Source: a virus (lineage: Duplodnaviria; Heunggongvirae; Uroviricota; Caudoviricetes). From it: 32,589 bases of DNA. The position numbers were made by a program, and so were the translations under genes. The stretch is taken from the IMG/VR virus record IMGVR_UViG_3300037466_003234. One strand, 5' to 3'. Each line of letters begins with the position of its first letter. Positions within the stretch are counted from its first letter, which is position 1. Shown here in pieces: positions 15,990 through 24,688 of this stretch. The notes under the pieces are model-generated. The model was given only the letters and a program-made list of their open reading frames with translations, searched no databases and had not been told where the DNA came from.

Positions 15990-16951
15990 GAGTTGGAGAT
16001 CCGCACGTCAAAGTGTCTAATCTTGAAGAGTCTGAAAGGCTCATGCAGTTCGTATTGGACCAGGCTAGAAAGCATAAGGTCGATAGGATCGAGCTTCTAG
16101 GGGATCTTTTCCATACCCACGCTATCATTCGCGTTGAGGTCATTCAATTCTGGCAAAAATGGCTCATTCTTTTAAGTGCCGAGTTCGAAGTCGTAGTTTT
16201 AGTCGGCAACCACGATCAGCCAGGCGATGGAAGTTCGGCCTATTCTGCACTTAGCGTCTTTAAAAGGCTCAACATTAAAGGTCTTATTGTTATCGAAGAA
16301 GATACGGCCATGGGTAATATCGGCTATATGCCATATATCCACAGCAACAATGAATTTGTAGCCAGGGCCAATGAGTTGGCTGAACAAGGCTGCACAGTTC
16401 TGGTTTCCCACACAACATATCAAGGAAGTAAATATGATAACGGCATGTATGCGCCTGATGGAGTCGATCCAGACGCTATTTCTGGGAATTTCATCCATCT
16501 TATCTCCGGTCACGTACACACAGAGCAAGAGTACGGCAGAGTTTGGTACCCCGGAACCGCTCGTTGGGATACTGCATCCGACGCCAATAAGCGAAAGGGA
16601 GTTTGGATTTGCGTACACGATAACACCGGAAGGCTTACTTCAAGAGAATTCGTTTCGACAGGAGAAGGGGTTTGCGTACCAATTATCAGTGTCGAATGGA
16701 GGGAGGGTGAGGCTTGTCCAGAACTCCCCGAAGGCGCCAAGACGCAAGTCGAACTCATCGGCTCCTCTGCCTGGGTTGCCAAGGAAAAAGTAAACCTTAA
16801 GGGTAAAGCTTCGATTAAGACCAAGATCACTGACACCAAGAAAGAATCTCGCAAAGCGGGATCTAACCTCTTGGATTTCGTTAACAACCATTTTGAGTCC
16901 AAGATCAAGGATAAGGTGGTCAATAAAATGAAGGAGTTGGGCCTTGTCTGA
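15977..16951 (+). CDS. sbcD: Mre11/SbcD-like nuclease (T4 gp47-like)
   Basis: GDPH, GDLFH, GNHD, SHT and GHVH metallophosphoesterase motifs; YPGT. Confidence 0.9.
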   Translation: MHVLRVGDPHVKVSNLEESERLMQFVLDQARKHKVDRIELLGDLFHTHAIIRVEVIQFWQKWLILLSAEFEVVVLVGNHDQPGDGSSAYSALSVFKRLNIKGLIVIEEDTAMGNIGYMPYIHSNNEFVARANELAEQGCTVLVSHTTYQGSKYDNGMYAPDGVDPDAISGNFIHLISGHVHTEQEYGRVWYPGTARWDTASDANKRKGVWICVHDNTGRLTSREFVSTGEGVCVPIISVEWREGEACPELPEGAKTQVELIGSSAWVAKEKVNLKGKASIKTKITDTKKESRKAGSNLLDFVNNHFESKIKDKVVNKMKELGLV

Positions 16952-17285
16952 CATAATGGATAGAGTCAAAGAAATGGCGCGACTCACCCTATTGAGCGGC
17001 AGGATCAGCGAATTTCATGAAATTAACATGAAGCGCTATTCTAAGATCTTCTTTAACGGAGTGACCGCTGCCAGGATCGACTACGATCTTAGCATGGATG
17101 CCGGCGAAAAACGCTTTGTTCACTATTACCTATCAATTGACGACAAGTTCCAAAACGACAGGCTTGAGAAGCGTTTTGAGATTCTTGAAAACTCCGTCAG
17201 GGCGCTTTTTTGGAGCGATCTTACGATACGTGTGTCTATCAATGATAAATTAGTATTTGAGAGTAAAGAAAATGAGCGACAATAA
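16944..17285 (+). CDS. Hypothetical protein
   Basis: Overlap-coupled at both ends. Confidence 0.7.
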   Translation: MSDIMDRVKEMARLTLLSGRISEFHEINMKRYSKIFFNGVTAARIDYDLSMDAGEKRFVHYYLSIDDKFQNDRLEKRFEILENSVRALFWSDLTIRVSINDKLVFESKENERQ

Positions 17286-18024
17286 GTTTCCTACACTACC
17301 TGGAGAAAAAGAGGTCGAGGTCGTAGAGCCTACGACTGATATTACGGCTGCAGACCTCGTTAAGATCCAGAAATATGTGGATTCGGGCTACCCAGGCCTT
17401 GCTGGCCTCACTGACGCACAGCTTCAACGCGCCTTGGACCTCTACCTTTCTGGTAAGACCTACCATCAGATCTCAAGGATTATGCGCCTTGAGCGTCCGT
17501 TAATTCTTTATCTATCCCATAAGTTTAACTGGTTCCCACTTCGCAGAGAAGTCCTATCCGAGATGGAGCATAACATTCGCGGAAGAGTGATTGAAGCGAA
17601 GCTTGAAAGCCAAGATTTCCTACTTAAATTAACACATGCCTGGCAGAAGAAGATCGGCGATAAGGTCGAGGAATACCTTCGCACAGGTGATGTGGCGCAT
17701 GCCAATGCTATCGACCTGAAAGAGGTCGATAAGTATTTGAAGACGGTTGAGATGCTTCTGAAGATGTCAGACGCCAAACCGGCAGGCAAAGGCGCCGATA
17801 AGGCTCCCACGGTTGGGTTGAACCTTGGAGACGGCGGAGTGACCGTCAAGAAGGTTAATGACAATGAAGTCGAGATTACGCCAAATAATGCGGCGAAGTC
17901 TCTATTGAGCCAAATGGCTAATTTTAGACGTGAACAAGATCGTCTCAAAGGCAGCCAAAGTAGCTCAAATTCATCTGATATAAAGAATTCAACCCAAGGA
18001 GAAAGCGATAATGAGAAAAAATAA
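17272..18024 (+). CDS. HTH-containing protein (possible terminase small subunit or regulator)
   Basis: LTDAQLQRALDLYLSGKTYHQISRIMRLERPLILYLSHKFNW is HTH-like, followed by helical and C-terminal beta segments. Confidence 0.65.
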   Translation: MSDNKFPTLPGEKEVEVVEPTTDITAADLVKIQKYVDSGYPGLAGLTDAQLQRALDLYLSGKTYHQISRIMRLERPLILYLSHKFNWFPLRREVLSEMEHNIRGRVIEAKLESQDFLLKLTHAWQKKIGDKVEEYLRTGDVAHANAIDLKEVDKYLKTVEMLLKMSDAKPAGKGADKAPTVGLNLGDGGVTVKKVNDNEVEITPNNAAKSLLSQMANFRREQDRLKGSQSSSNSSDIKNSTQGESDNEKK

Positions 18025-18892
18025 ACTAGTAGCAGGACTCGTAGTGCTCCTGGCGATCGTATTGATCCCAGTTGCAAGCTTGTCCAAAGCAGGAACCAAA
18101 AAAGAAGACAAGCAAGAAACGATTGTTCTCTCTAGCGATAACACCATCGTTCTTAATACGGAAGTTAACGGCGACTCTGTGGCCAAGGTGATCGCTGACG
18201 CAAAGCGTCTCGACCAACAGATGAGCGGCGTAAGTGAAAAGTACGCAGGAAAGAAGCCTCTTTACCTCTTCCTCAACACCCCAGGTGGAAGCATCCAGGC
18301 TGGACTTGAGCTTATCGAAGCAATTAACGGCCTCGGTCGTCCAGTTCACACGATTACGCTATTCGCAGCTTCCATGGGCTTCCAAATCGCTCAGAACCTT
18401 AACGATCGCTTGATCCTTAAAAACGGTATTCTCATGAGTCACCACGCAGCTGGAGGCTTTGAAGGCCAATTCGGCGGTGTATCTCCAAGTCAAGTCGATT
18501 CTCGCTACCAATTGTGGCTTGATCGCATTAAGGAACTTGATGAACAAACCGTTCGTCGCACTAACGGCAAACAAACCTACGAAAGCTATACTAAGGCCTA
18601 TGACCATGAAATGTGGCTCACTGGCGCTCGTGCTATTGAAGGCGGATACGCAGATCGTATCGTGCTCGTTAAATGCAACTCTTCCCTTAGTGGAACGACT
18701 GAGCATACGGCAAGCTTCCTAGGTATCCCTATTACCTATGAACTCGACAATTGCCCAATTAACACTAGCCCTCTCAACGTGAAGATCGGTGCAAACGCCG
18801 GCCCTATCTCTGACGAGTTCGCTAGACACGTTAAAGAGCAGTTCTCGACTCAGTTCATGGCTCTACACAAAAAAGAAATCCCGATGTACTAA
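18011..18892 (+). CDS. clpP: ClpP-like (S14/S49) protease with N-terminal signal/TM segment
   Basis: LFLNTPGGS, AASMG (catalytic Ser), LMSHH (His), DHEMWLTGARAIEGGYADRI; N-terminus MRKNKLVAGLVVLLAIVLIPVASLSKA. Confidence 0.85.
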   Translation: MRKNKLVAGLVVLLAIVLIPVASLSKAGTKKEDKQETIVLSSDNTIVLNTEVNGDSVAKVIADAKRLDQQMSGVSEKYAGKKPLYLFLNTPGGSIQAGLELIEAINGLGRPVHTITLFAASMGFQIAQNLNDRLILKNGILMSHHAAGGFEGQFGGVSPSQVDSRYQLWLDRIKELDEQTVRRTNGKQTYESYTKAYDHEMWLTGARAIEGGYADRIVLVKCNSSLSGTTEHTASFLGIPITYELDNCPINTSPLNVKIGANAGPISDEFARHVKEQFSTQFMALHKKEIPMY

Positions 18893-18893
18893 T

Positions 18894-19145
18894 ATGCCAT
18901 TAATTGCTTATTCATGCGAATGTAAACATGTGAATAAGAAATTTGTGAGGTCGGCGTCACAGGCGCCGGCCTCCCTTATTTGCGCTAATTGCGGCAAGGA
19001 AGTCAAAAAGTCCTTGTCTGCACCTTCATCTTTGTCTAAAATAGTAGTAGACAATGGTCTCCAAGCTCGTGCGGTAGAAATCGTGCCAAATATTGTTGAG
19101 ATTAACGAAGAACGCGCAAATAAGGATTATAGGAACGATGATTAA
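18894..19145 (+). CDS. FmdB-like zinc-ribbon protein
   Basis: ATG 18894: MPLIAYSCEC...ICANCGKEVKKSLSAP matches the FmdB MPxYxYxC...CPxCG...SAP pattern. Confidence 0.75.
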   Translation: MPLIAYSCECKHVNKKFVRSASQAPASLICANCGKEVKKSLSAPSSLSKIVVDNGLQARAVEIVPNIVEINEERANKDYRNDD

Positions 19146-21198
19146 AGTAAAAACTTTTACCTTAGGCGGCATCGGTAGATTTGTCGATAAACAAACTATT
19201 GATTTCACAAGGTTAGGCAATCTCGTCCAAGTTGACGCTTTCAATAAAAACACCAACGGATCGTCCGGTTCCGGCAAAACGACCCTCTTTAACGGTCTCG
19301 AATATAATCTCGGGATTAACGATTTAGCGGTCACGGTTCTTCAGTCCAGACTCAGCGAAGAAGGTATTTTCACCCTTGGTGAGTATGAAGTTGACGAAAA
19401 AGACCTTAAATTACTCAGATCTAAGTCAAAAGTTACCCTAGAATACGATGGAAACACCTATTCTGGCTCAAAAGCGGTCGATGAAAAGCTCGATCAGATC
19501 CTTTTTGGTGGTATGGACCGCAAAGTTTTCCGTCCAATGCTCCATAAACGCCAAAAAGAGGGCGGATTTTTCCTAGAATTCACCCCAGCGAAGATGAATG
19601 ACTTCCTTACGAGCGCTTTGGACCTCATTTCGGTCAAAAAGAAGCTCGAAGTGGTGGAAGCCGAGTTCAAATTCCTATGGGATCAGTTCGTTAAGACCTC
19701 AAACTCTCGCGAAAGTGCTATAGCCGCATTAGACGCGTCCAGAGACGCCTTGGCGGCCCTAGGCGAAGTGCCGGTGGCGACCGTGGCTCCAGAGGATATT
19801 GAGCGTTTAAAGGCCGAATGGAAGGCCGCAGAGAGGGATTGGCTTGCAGCTGAGCAAGGTCAGAAGTCGGCACTATCTGAGCTTGAGAAGGAAAGACCTC
19901 AAACTTCTATTTTCCCCTACGATAGGGCTCAAATTGAGGCCTATGAGCGCGGAATTAACATTCTAAAAGAAAAGATCTCCCAACTCCAAGAGCAGGAGAG
20001 AAGCAGATATCTAGCTGCAAATCGTACTGCTGTCGTTTTGGGTCGTGATAAGGCCCTTCTTGAAAGCCTTGTAGCGTCTGGAAATAAGGCAAAGACCGAG
20101 GCTGTGGCAGTTGCGGCTAAGATCAAAAAGATTAGAGAGAGCGTTTGTCCGACCTGCGAGCAGTCTTGGGCCAATGACGCCGCCAAGGCCGAAGAGAGCA
20201 AGCTCATGGAGATGATTAAAGATCTCAGAGAGCGCGTTTCTAGCGGTGCCCAGGCCGAGGCAGATTTGGTTAGAGCTAACGCCCGCCTAGAAGAACTGGC
20301 TACAGAACTTCAAGAAAGGCCTCTCCCCGAGGTGGACGATCTTAAGCAGAGCATTTCAGACCTATCAAAGAAGCTTGAGGCAGAGCGCGTTAGGGAAAAG
20401 GATCACGTTTCAACCCAGAATGCTGCCAATAACAAGATCCAGGCAGAATTTACGGCAAAGCAGGCGGAAGTTAGGGCTTGCTATGAGCAGTTAATTCCTG
20501 GTCTTAGAAATACTTCTGTCGGTAAGAAGTATGAATATGAATCAGCCGAAAGAAAGCTAAAAGAAGAAACTGAAGCCGTTGCTCGCCACAGCAGAATGGT
20601 TTCTACCGTGGAAGCTCAGATTGAGAGCCATAAAAATAACGTTGAAAAGCTTAGCAACGAGCTTTCTGATCTAAAAGAGAAGCTCGAAGTCACGGAAGAA
20701 GTTAAAAAGGCTATTAAATCATATATTTCATGCTCTTTTGACGACGCACTGGAACAGATTGGTGATACGGCAACTCGTATTGTTAGGTCCATTCCTAATA
20801 TGGCCAATGCTACGATCCAGCTCGAAGGTGTCAGAGAGACCAAAGACGGTAAAGTCAAGGAAGAAGTCAATGCAGTTATCAGTATGGATGGGGAGATTGG
20901 CGTGCCTATTAAGTCTCTCAGCGGCGGCGAGCGTTCTGCTGTTGATCTCGCTGTCGATTTGGCAGTTATTGACCTTTTAGAAAATAAGACAAATAAGGGT
21001 ATCGACATCTTCATCTTGGACGAACCTTTCACTGGCCTCGACACCGTAAGTATTGAAATGGCCTTAGATGTTCTTAAGAACTCAAACATCAACAAAAAGC
21101 TCATTATCGTTGACCATAATCCTGAAGTAAAACAAATGGTTGAGAGCAGACTTGTGGTCGTTCGCGAAGGCACCACTAGTAAAATTGAACAATCCTGA
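19138..21198 (+). CDS. sbcC: Rad50/SbcC-like ATPase (T4 gp46-like)
   Basis: GSSGSGKT, coiled coil with CPTC hook, LSGGE, ILDEP, IVDH; AGGA SD before ATG 19138. Confidence 0.92.
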   Translation: MIKVKTFTLGGIGRFVDKQTIDFTRLGNLVQVDAFNKNTNGSSGSGKTTLFNGLEYNLGINDLAVTVLQSRLSEEGIFTLGEYEVDEKDLKLLRSKSKVTLEYDGNTYSGSKAVDEKLDQILFGGMDRKVFRPMLHKRQKEGGFFLEFTPAKMNDFLTSALDLISVKKKLEVVEAEFKFLWDQFVKTSNSRESAIAALDASRDALAALGEVPVATVAPEDIERLKAEWKAAERDWLAAEQGQKSALSELEKERPQTSIFPYDRAQIEAYERGINILKEKISQLQEQERSRYLAANRTAVVLGRDKALLESLVASGNKAKTEAVAVAAKIKKIRESVCPTCEQSWANDAAKAEESKLMEMIKDLRERVSSGAQAEADLVRANARLEELATELQERPLPEVDDLKQSISDLSKKLEAERVREKDHVSTQNAANNKIQAEFTAKQAEVRACYEQLIPGLRNTSVGKKYEYESAERKLKEETEAVARHSRMVSTVEAQIESHKNNVEKLSNELSDLKEKLEVTEEVKKAIKSYISCSFDDALEQIGDTATRIVRSIPNMANATIQLEGVRETKDGKVKEEVNAVISMDGEIGVPIKSLSGGERSAVDLAVDLAVIDLLENKTNKGIDIFILDEPFTGLDTVSIEMALDVLKNSNINKKLIIVDHNPEVKQMVESRLVVVREGTTSKIEQS

Positions 21199-21207
21199 AA
21201 ATAACGT

Positions 21208-21235
21208 TTGCGCAAATAAGAAAATAAGGTATTCT
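21208..21235 (+). promoter_or_regulatory. Promoter TTGCGC-N16-TATTCT, leaderless
   Basis: 22-nt block nearly identical to 27525-27546; ATG 21242 is 6 nt after the -10. Confidence 0.7.
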
Positions 21236-21241
21236 AGAGAA

Positions 21242-21481
21242 ATGAATCATCTTATTACGAAGAAGGATCTGTTCCACATCATCAGTGACGCTAAGACTAA
21301 GATGTCTAACCTCACGCTTCCCATGGAGATTTCGGGAAAAGAAGTCGAACAAACAGAATTAGCTACGATTGCTATCGCTGAATCGCTAATTATGTATTTT
21401 AACGCAAATAAGTTATTTACAAATTTACCGCAAATCGACTACACTGACACTAGCTGTAAGTTTGAACCAAACGAGGAATGA
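21242..21481 (+). CDS. Hypothetical protein
   Basis: Start moved from 21140 (inside sbcC) to ATG 21242 (MNHLITKK). Confidence 0.7.
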   Translation: MNHLITKKDLFHIISDAKTKMSNLTLPMEISGKEVEQTELATIAIAESLIMYFNANKLFTNLPQIDYTDTSCKFEPNEE

Positions 21482-21840
21482 CAATGAAATTTAAGAAGGG
21501 TCAAAAAGTAGCCAAGGTTATCTCGGTGATGGGTATCAAGTCAGTTTCTTTCGACCACACTGTCGTTGGCGTTAAAACTGGCAAGCTTCATCTGGAAGAT
21601 TCGTCGCTCACCTATCACCCTGAGAGTGGGCGCGAGTTCGAGAATTACCTTCCCGGTTGCACTAGCTACATTCTGTCTTACGAAGACGGTATCGCCCTTG
21701 TTCAGTCCGGCAACGCCGATCTAGACGGTGGAGAAGTCCTTCCAGATCTATCTAAAACTAAGAAGGTCACTAAAAAAGCTTCTAAAAAGAAGGCTACTAA
21801 AAAGAAAGTAGCTAAAAAACGTACTAAAAAGGCAGCCTAA
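21478..21840 (+). CDS. Hypothetical protein with histone H1-like Lys/Ala-rich tail
   Basis: Ends KTKKVTKKASKKKATKKKVAKKRTKKAA. Confidence 0.75.
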   Translation: MTMKFKKGQKVAKVISVMGIKSVSFDHTVVGVKTGKLHLEDSSLTYHPESGREFENYLPGCTSYILSYEDGIALVQSGNADLDGGEVLPDLSKTKKVTKKASKKKATKKKVAKKRTKKAA

Positions 21841-21851
21841 AGGAGATAACA

Positions 21852-22154
21852 ATGGCACGTCCAAAGAAAGCACAACTCACCCCAATGCAAAAGCTTGCTA
21901 AGGCCATCGGATCTGATGGCGACAGCATTATTCAAGATCTAGAATCTATGGATGGTGCAGGCCTCAATAAGCGCATTGCCCAAGCTCATGAAGCAATCGA
22001 TTCCGCTAAAGAAGAGTTGAATCAAAATCCTGACTATATCCGCCACAAGGAAATGCTCAAGGATGTTAGCTCCTCTTTCCGAGACGCAAAGAAGCGCCAG
22101 AACGCTATTATCAAGGTTTGCCTTGAGCTTCGCAGAGCGCGTGGAGAAGCATAA
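21852..22154 (+). CDS. Coiled-coil hypothetical protein
   Basis: AAGGAG SD; heptad pattern. Confidence 0.75.
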   Translation: MARPKKAQLTPMQKLAKAIGSDGDSIIQDLESMDGAGLNKRIAQAHEAIDSAKEELNQNPDYIRHKEMLKDVSSSFRDAKKRQNAIIKVCLELRRARGEA

Positions 22155-22417
22155 TGCTTTCCGTAGCAGAACTCGTTAAAAACAAGAAGGTTAACTTCAA
22201 GTATTACCGCCAAGGTAACTTGATGTACGAAACCGAATGTGGATTCGAGTTTCCAGTACCTATCTCTGACACTAACGATGCAACGTTTCCAGCCCAAGAG
22301 AAGGCTCTATTTTTCATGCGCTGGATTCGTAAGCACGTAGATCTCGTTAATAACGCTGCTAGACTTGCGTCTTGCGCAACTACTGGCAGCCTTGCAAGCG
22401 ATGAGGAGCACGCATGA
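22154..22417 (+). CDS. Conserved phage hypothetical protein
   Basis: YYRQGNLMYETECGFEFPVPISDT..ATF.AQEKALFFMRWIRK resembles a recurrent large-phage family (from recall, not searched). Confidence 0.75.
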   Translation: MLSVAELVKNKKVNFKYYRQGNLMYETECGFEFPVPISDTNDATFPAQEKALFFMRWIRKHVDLVNNAARLASCATTGSLASDEEHA

Positions 22418-22503
22418 CATTTTGGCAATTTTTAGACAACCACGCTCAGGGCCTAGGTATGTTGGTAGCGATGGGAATTTACTTTTGGGCGTTATCAAGA
22501 TGA
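22414..22503 (+). CDS. 29-aa membrane peptide (not in ORF track)
   Basis: MTFWQFLDNHAQGLGMLVAMGIYFWALSR*; ATGA overlaps at both ends. Confidence 0.7.
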   Translation: MTFWQFLDNHAQGLGMLVAMGIYFWALSR

Positions 22504-23117
22504 CCGAACGAGTTCTCTCACTCGACATGTCAACTAAGACCGGATGGGCTCTGCTAGTCAGTAGCCCTACCGGCTATGTGCTTGAGGGATATGGAACGAT
22601 AACCAAGATCGATACTCCTGACGAGCCTTACCCTGGCAGCTACGTGACTTGGGCTTACTTGTGTTTTGGGGAGATAGTTAGACTTATTGATAACTTCGCC
22701 CCAGATGTTCTCGTGATCGAAGAAACGTCTAAGGGCAGTAAGAATAACCTCTCTCAGAAGATTCTGGAGTTCATCCACTTTTTGGTCGCAAGAATGATCA
22801 AAGAAACTGGCATTAAGGCCGTCTACATGATGACCGAGCAATGGCGTCGTGAGGTTGGCTGTAGCAAGATGAGCGATGCCGATAAAAAGCGAAATAAAGA
22901 AGTTAGGGAATACAAGAAAAAGAATAAAACGAAAATTGCTCGTGATAAAGACGGTAAGGTTATAGGCCTGATTGGAAAGAAGCATCTGAACGTCCGCAGG
23001 GCTAACGAAGTGTTTGGAGACCAGCTATCCGAACCGTTAATTATGAAAGATGAAGATACGGCGGACTCGCTTTTATTGGCATATGCCTATCATTTAAGGA
23101 AGGTGAAAAATGTCTGA
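22500..23117 (+). CDS. ruvC: RuvC-like Holliday junction resolvase
   Basis: VLSLDMSTKTGWA, VLVIEE and DEDTADSLLLA acidic catalytic motifs; start moved to ATG 22500. Confidence 0.85.
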   Translation: MTERVLSLDMSTKTGWALLVSSPTGYVLEGYGTITKIDTPDEPYPGSYVTWAYLCFGEIVRLIDNFAPDVLVIEETSKGSKNNLSQKILEFIHFLVARMIKETGIKAVYMMTEQWRREVGCSKMSDADKKRNKEVREYKKKNKTKIARDKDGKVIGLIGKKHLNVRRANEVFGDQLSEPLIMKDEDTADSLLLAYAYHLRKVKNV

Positions 23118-24078
23118 GAACATTTGGGGCGACGAGTCGCCTTACAACGATACCCTGGAATACGATTCTACTACTGGATCTTTCGTAGAGCCTGAGCAGG
23201 GTTATATTCCTCCAAGTCCACCAAGGCAGCAACGCCCTCAGGCACCTGTCCAGCAATCTCGTTTCGATCTCCCTCCTAAGCAGGAAGCTCAGATGCTTAA
23301 TGAAGTGCTGCAGGATCTTGGCGAAGAAGACGAAGATGATTCAGCGGTCCTTTCGGACGCAGCACTACGCCTTGAACAGGGTCGTCTCTTTCAGATGATC
23401 ATGAGCCACGACATCTTCCAAGGTATGGATGCAGATCCTCGTGCAGTGAGAAACGTTCAGCGCCAGATCCGCAAATTTGCTCGCGAGTCGATGGAAGTAA
23501 TGCTCGGCATGCGTCAATCAAATGTCGCTCAGACACCAGCCCCGCAAGTAGCCTCTCCATTTAACGAAATGGAAGTCCAGGCGCTCAAGATGCTTGCGGC
23601 TAAGGTTACTGGCGGAAAGAGTGAGCAGCCTCAAGCTCAGATAGCGCCTAAAGCTCCTGCAAAGAAGGAAATTACACCTATCACCGGCTCTACTAAGGCC
23701 GCGCAGACGCTAGCACCTATCGCCCCTAAACCGCAGGCTCCAAAGCCTCAACCACAGCCTCAGAAGCCGCTTCAAAGTAAGCCTGTAGCCCCTATACAAA
23801 GACAGGCCCCTGCGACGCCGCAAGAGGCTGCTATGGCAGAAATTAACGCTGTCATGGATGGAAAGCTCACTAAGAAGATTGAAGAAATGACCTCTGACGA
23901 GCTTTTGGAACATAATAGAAAGATTTCTGAAAGGCAGGCTGCACGTAAAGCAAAAGCTACAAACGCATTGCCAATGCCATCTGCTTATCAGGAAGAAATG
24001 CTGCATACGGAAAGGGTGGCCAACGCTGCACCTGCGGTATCGGCAATCGTAGCTGCCTTGAATCAAAACAAGAAGTGA
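23110..24078 (+). CDS. Pro/Gln-rich, largely disordered hypothetical protein
   Basis: 322 aa with host-like codon usage; coupled to ruvC. Confidence 0.75.
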   Translation: MSENIWGDESPYNDTLEYDSTTGSFVEPEQGYIPPSPPRQQRPQAPVQQSRFDLPPKQEAQMLNEVLQDLGEEDEDDSAVLSDAALRLEQGRLFQMIMSHDIFQGMDADPRAVRNVQRQIRKFARESMEVMLGMRQSNVAQTPAPQVASPFNEMEVQALKMLAAKVTGGKSEQPQAQIAPKAPAKKEITPITGSTKAAQTLAPIAPKPQAPKPQPQPQKPLQSKPVAPIQRQAPATPQEAAMAEINAVMDGKLTKKIEEMTSDELLEHNRKISERQAARKAKATNALPMPSAYQEEMLHTERVANAAPAVSAIVAALNQNKK

Positions 24079-24103
24079 TATAACCACTTAAGGAGAAATG
24101 AAA

Positions 24104-24664
24104 ATGTCTGATAAACGTAACGCATCTCAACGAATCGAAGATCTAGAACGCGCCCTAATGTCGCTATTCCAAACCTGCGACAATATGGCTCGTGACCTCA
24201 CCTTGGTCAAGGACGCTGTTAAGATCCTTGGCAACAAAGTTGACGCTATTGCTAAAGCTGCAGGTATCAGCGACGATACGATTTCGGCTATTATGGTCGA
24301 AAATAACGTTGCTGAACTCAAAGGCAAAGTTGACACCCTCGTCTCCTCGGGCGTGCTCGTTCTTACCGACACCGCTGGCGACTCCTCGTTCCTCGTTGGT
24401 AGCGAAATTAACGAAGAAGGTACCGTCGTTAATCCTCGCCTCCAATTCGCCCTCTCCGCTCTCCAAGGCGAACTCCAAGAAAAGCTCAAGGGAAGCAAGG
24501 CTGGCGATGTGATCACGCTTCAAGAAGGAAAGCTTAAGTTCCAAGTTCAGGAAGTCTACAACATCCAGACTCCAACGACTTCGGAAGAAGCCCCAGCTGA
24601 AACGACGACCGAAACGACTTCGGAAGGCGAAGAAGTTGCAGGCGATCAAGCTGCAAATAGCTAA
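24104..24664 (+). CDS. Coiled-coil plus FKBP/GreA-C-like domain protein with acidic tail
   Basis: AGGAG spacing favours ATG 24104; KLKGSKAGDVITL...KFQVQEVY resembles the GreA C-terminal and trigger-factor FKBP folds. Confidence 0.6.
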   Translation: MSDKRNASQRIEDLERALMSLFQTCDNMARDLTLVKDAVKILGNKVDAIAKAAGISDDTISAIMVENNVAELKGKVDTLVSSGVLVLTDTAGDSSFLVGSEINEEGTVVNPRLQFALSALQGELQEKLKGSKAGDVITLQEGKLKFQVQEVYNIQTPTTSEEAPAETTTETTSEGEEVAGDQAANS

Positions 24665-24688
24665 TTAACGCCTAGTAGAAACAGAATC

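Noticed and set aside
18011-18892. ClpP-like ORF as prohead protease
   Set aside because: Not excluded, but disfavoured: it has a signal-like N-terminus and lies on the replication strand far from the head genes.
24574-24626. 14-nt direct repeat AACGACTTCGGAAG
   Set aside because: Only two copies, encoding a low-complexity TTSE(E/G) tail; not a CRISPR or attachment site.
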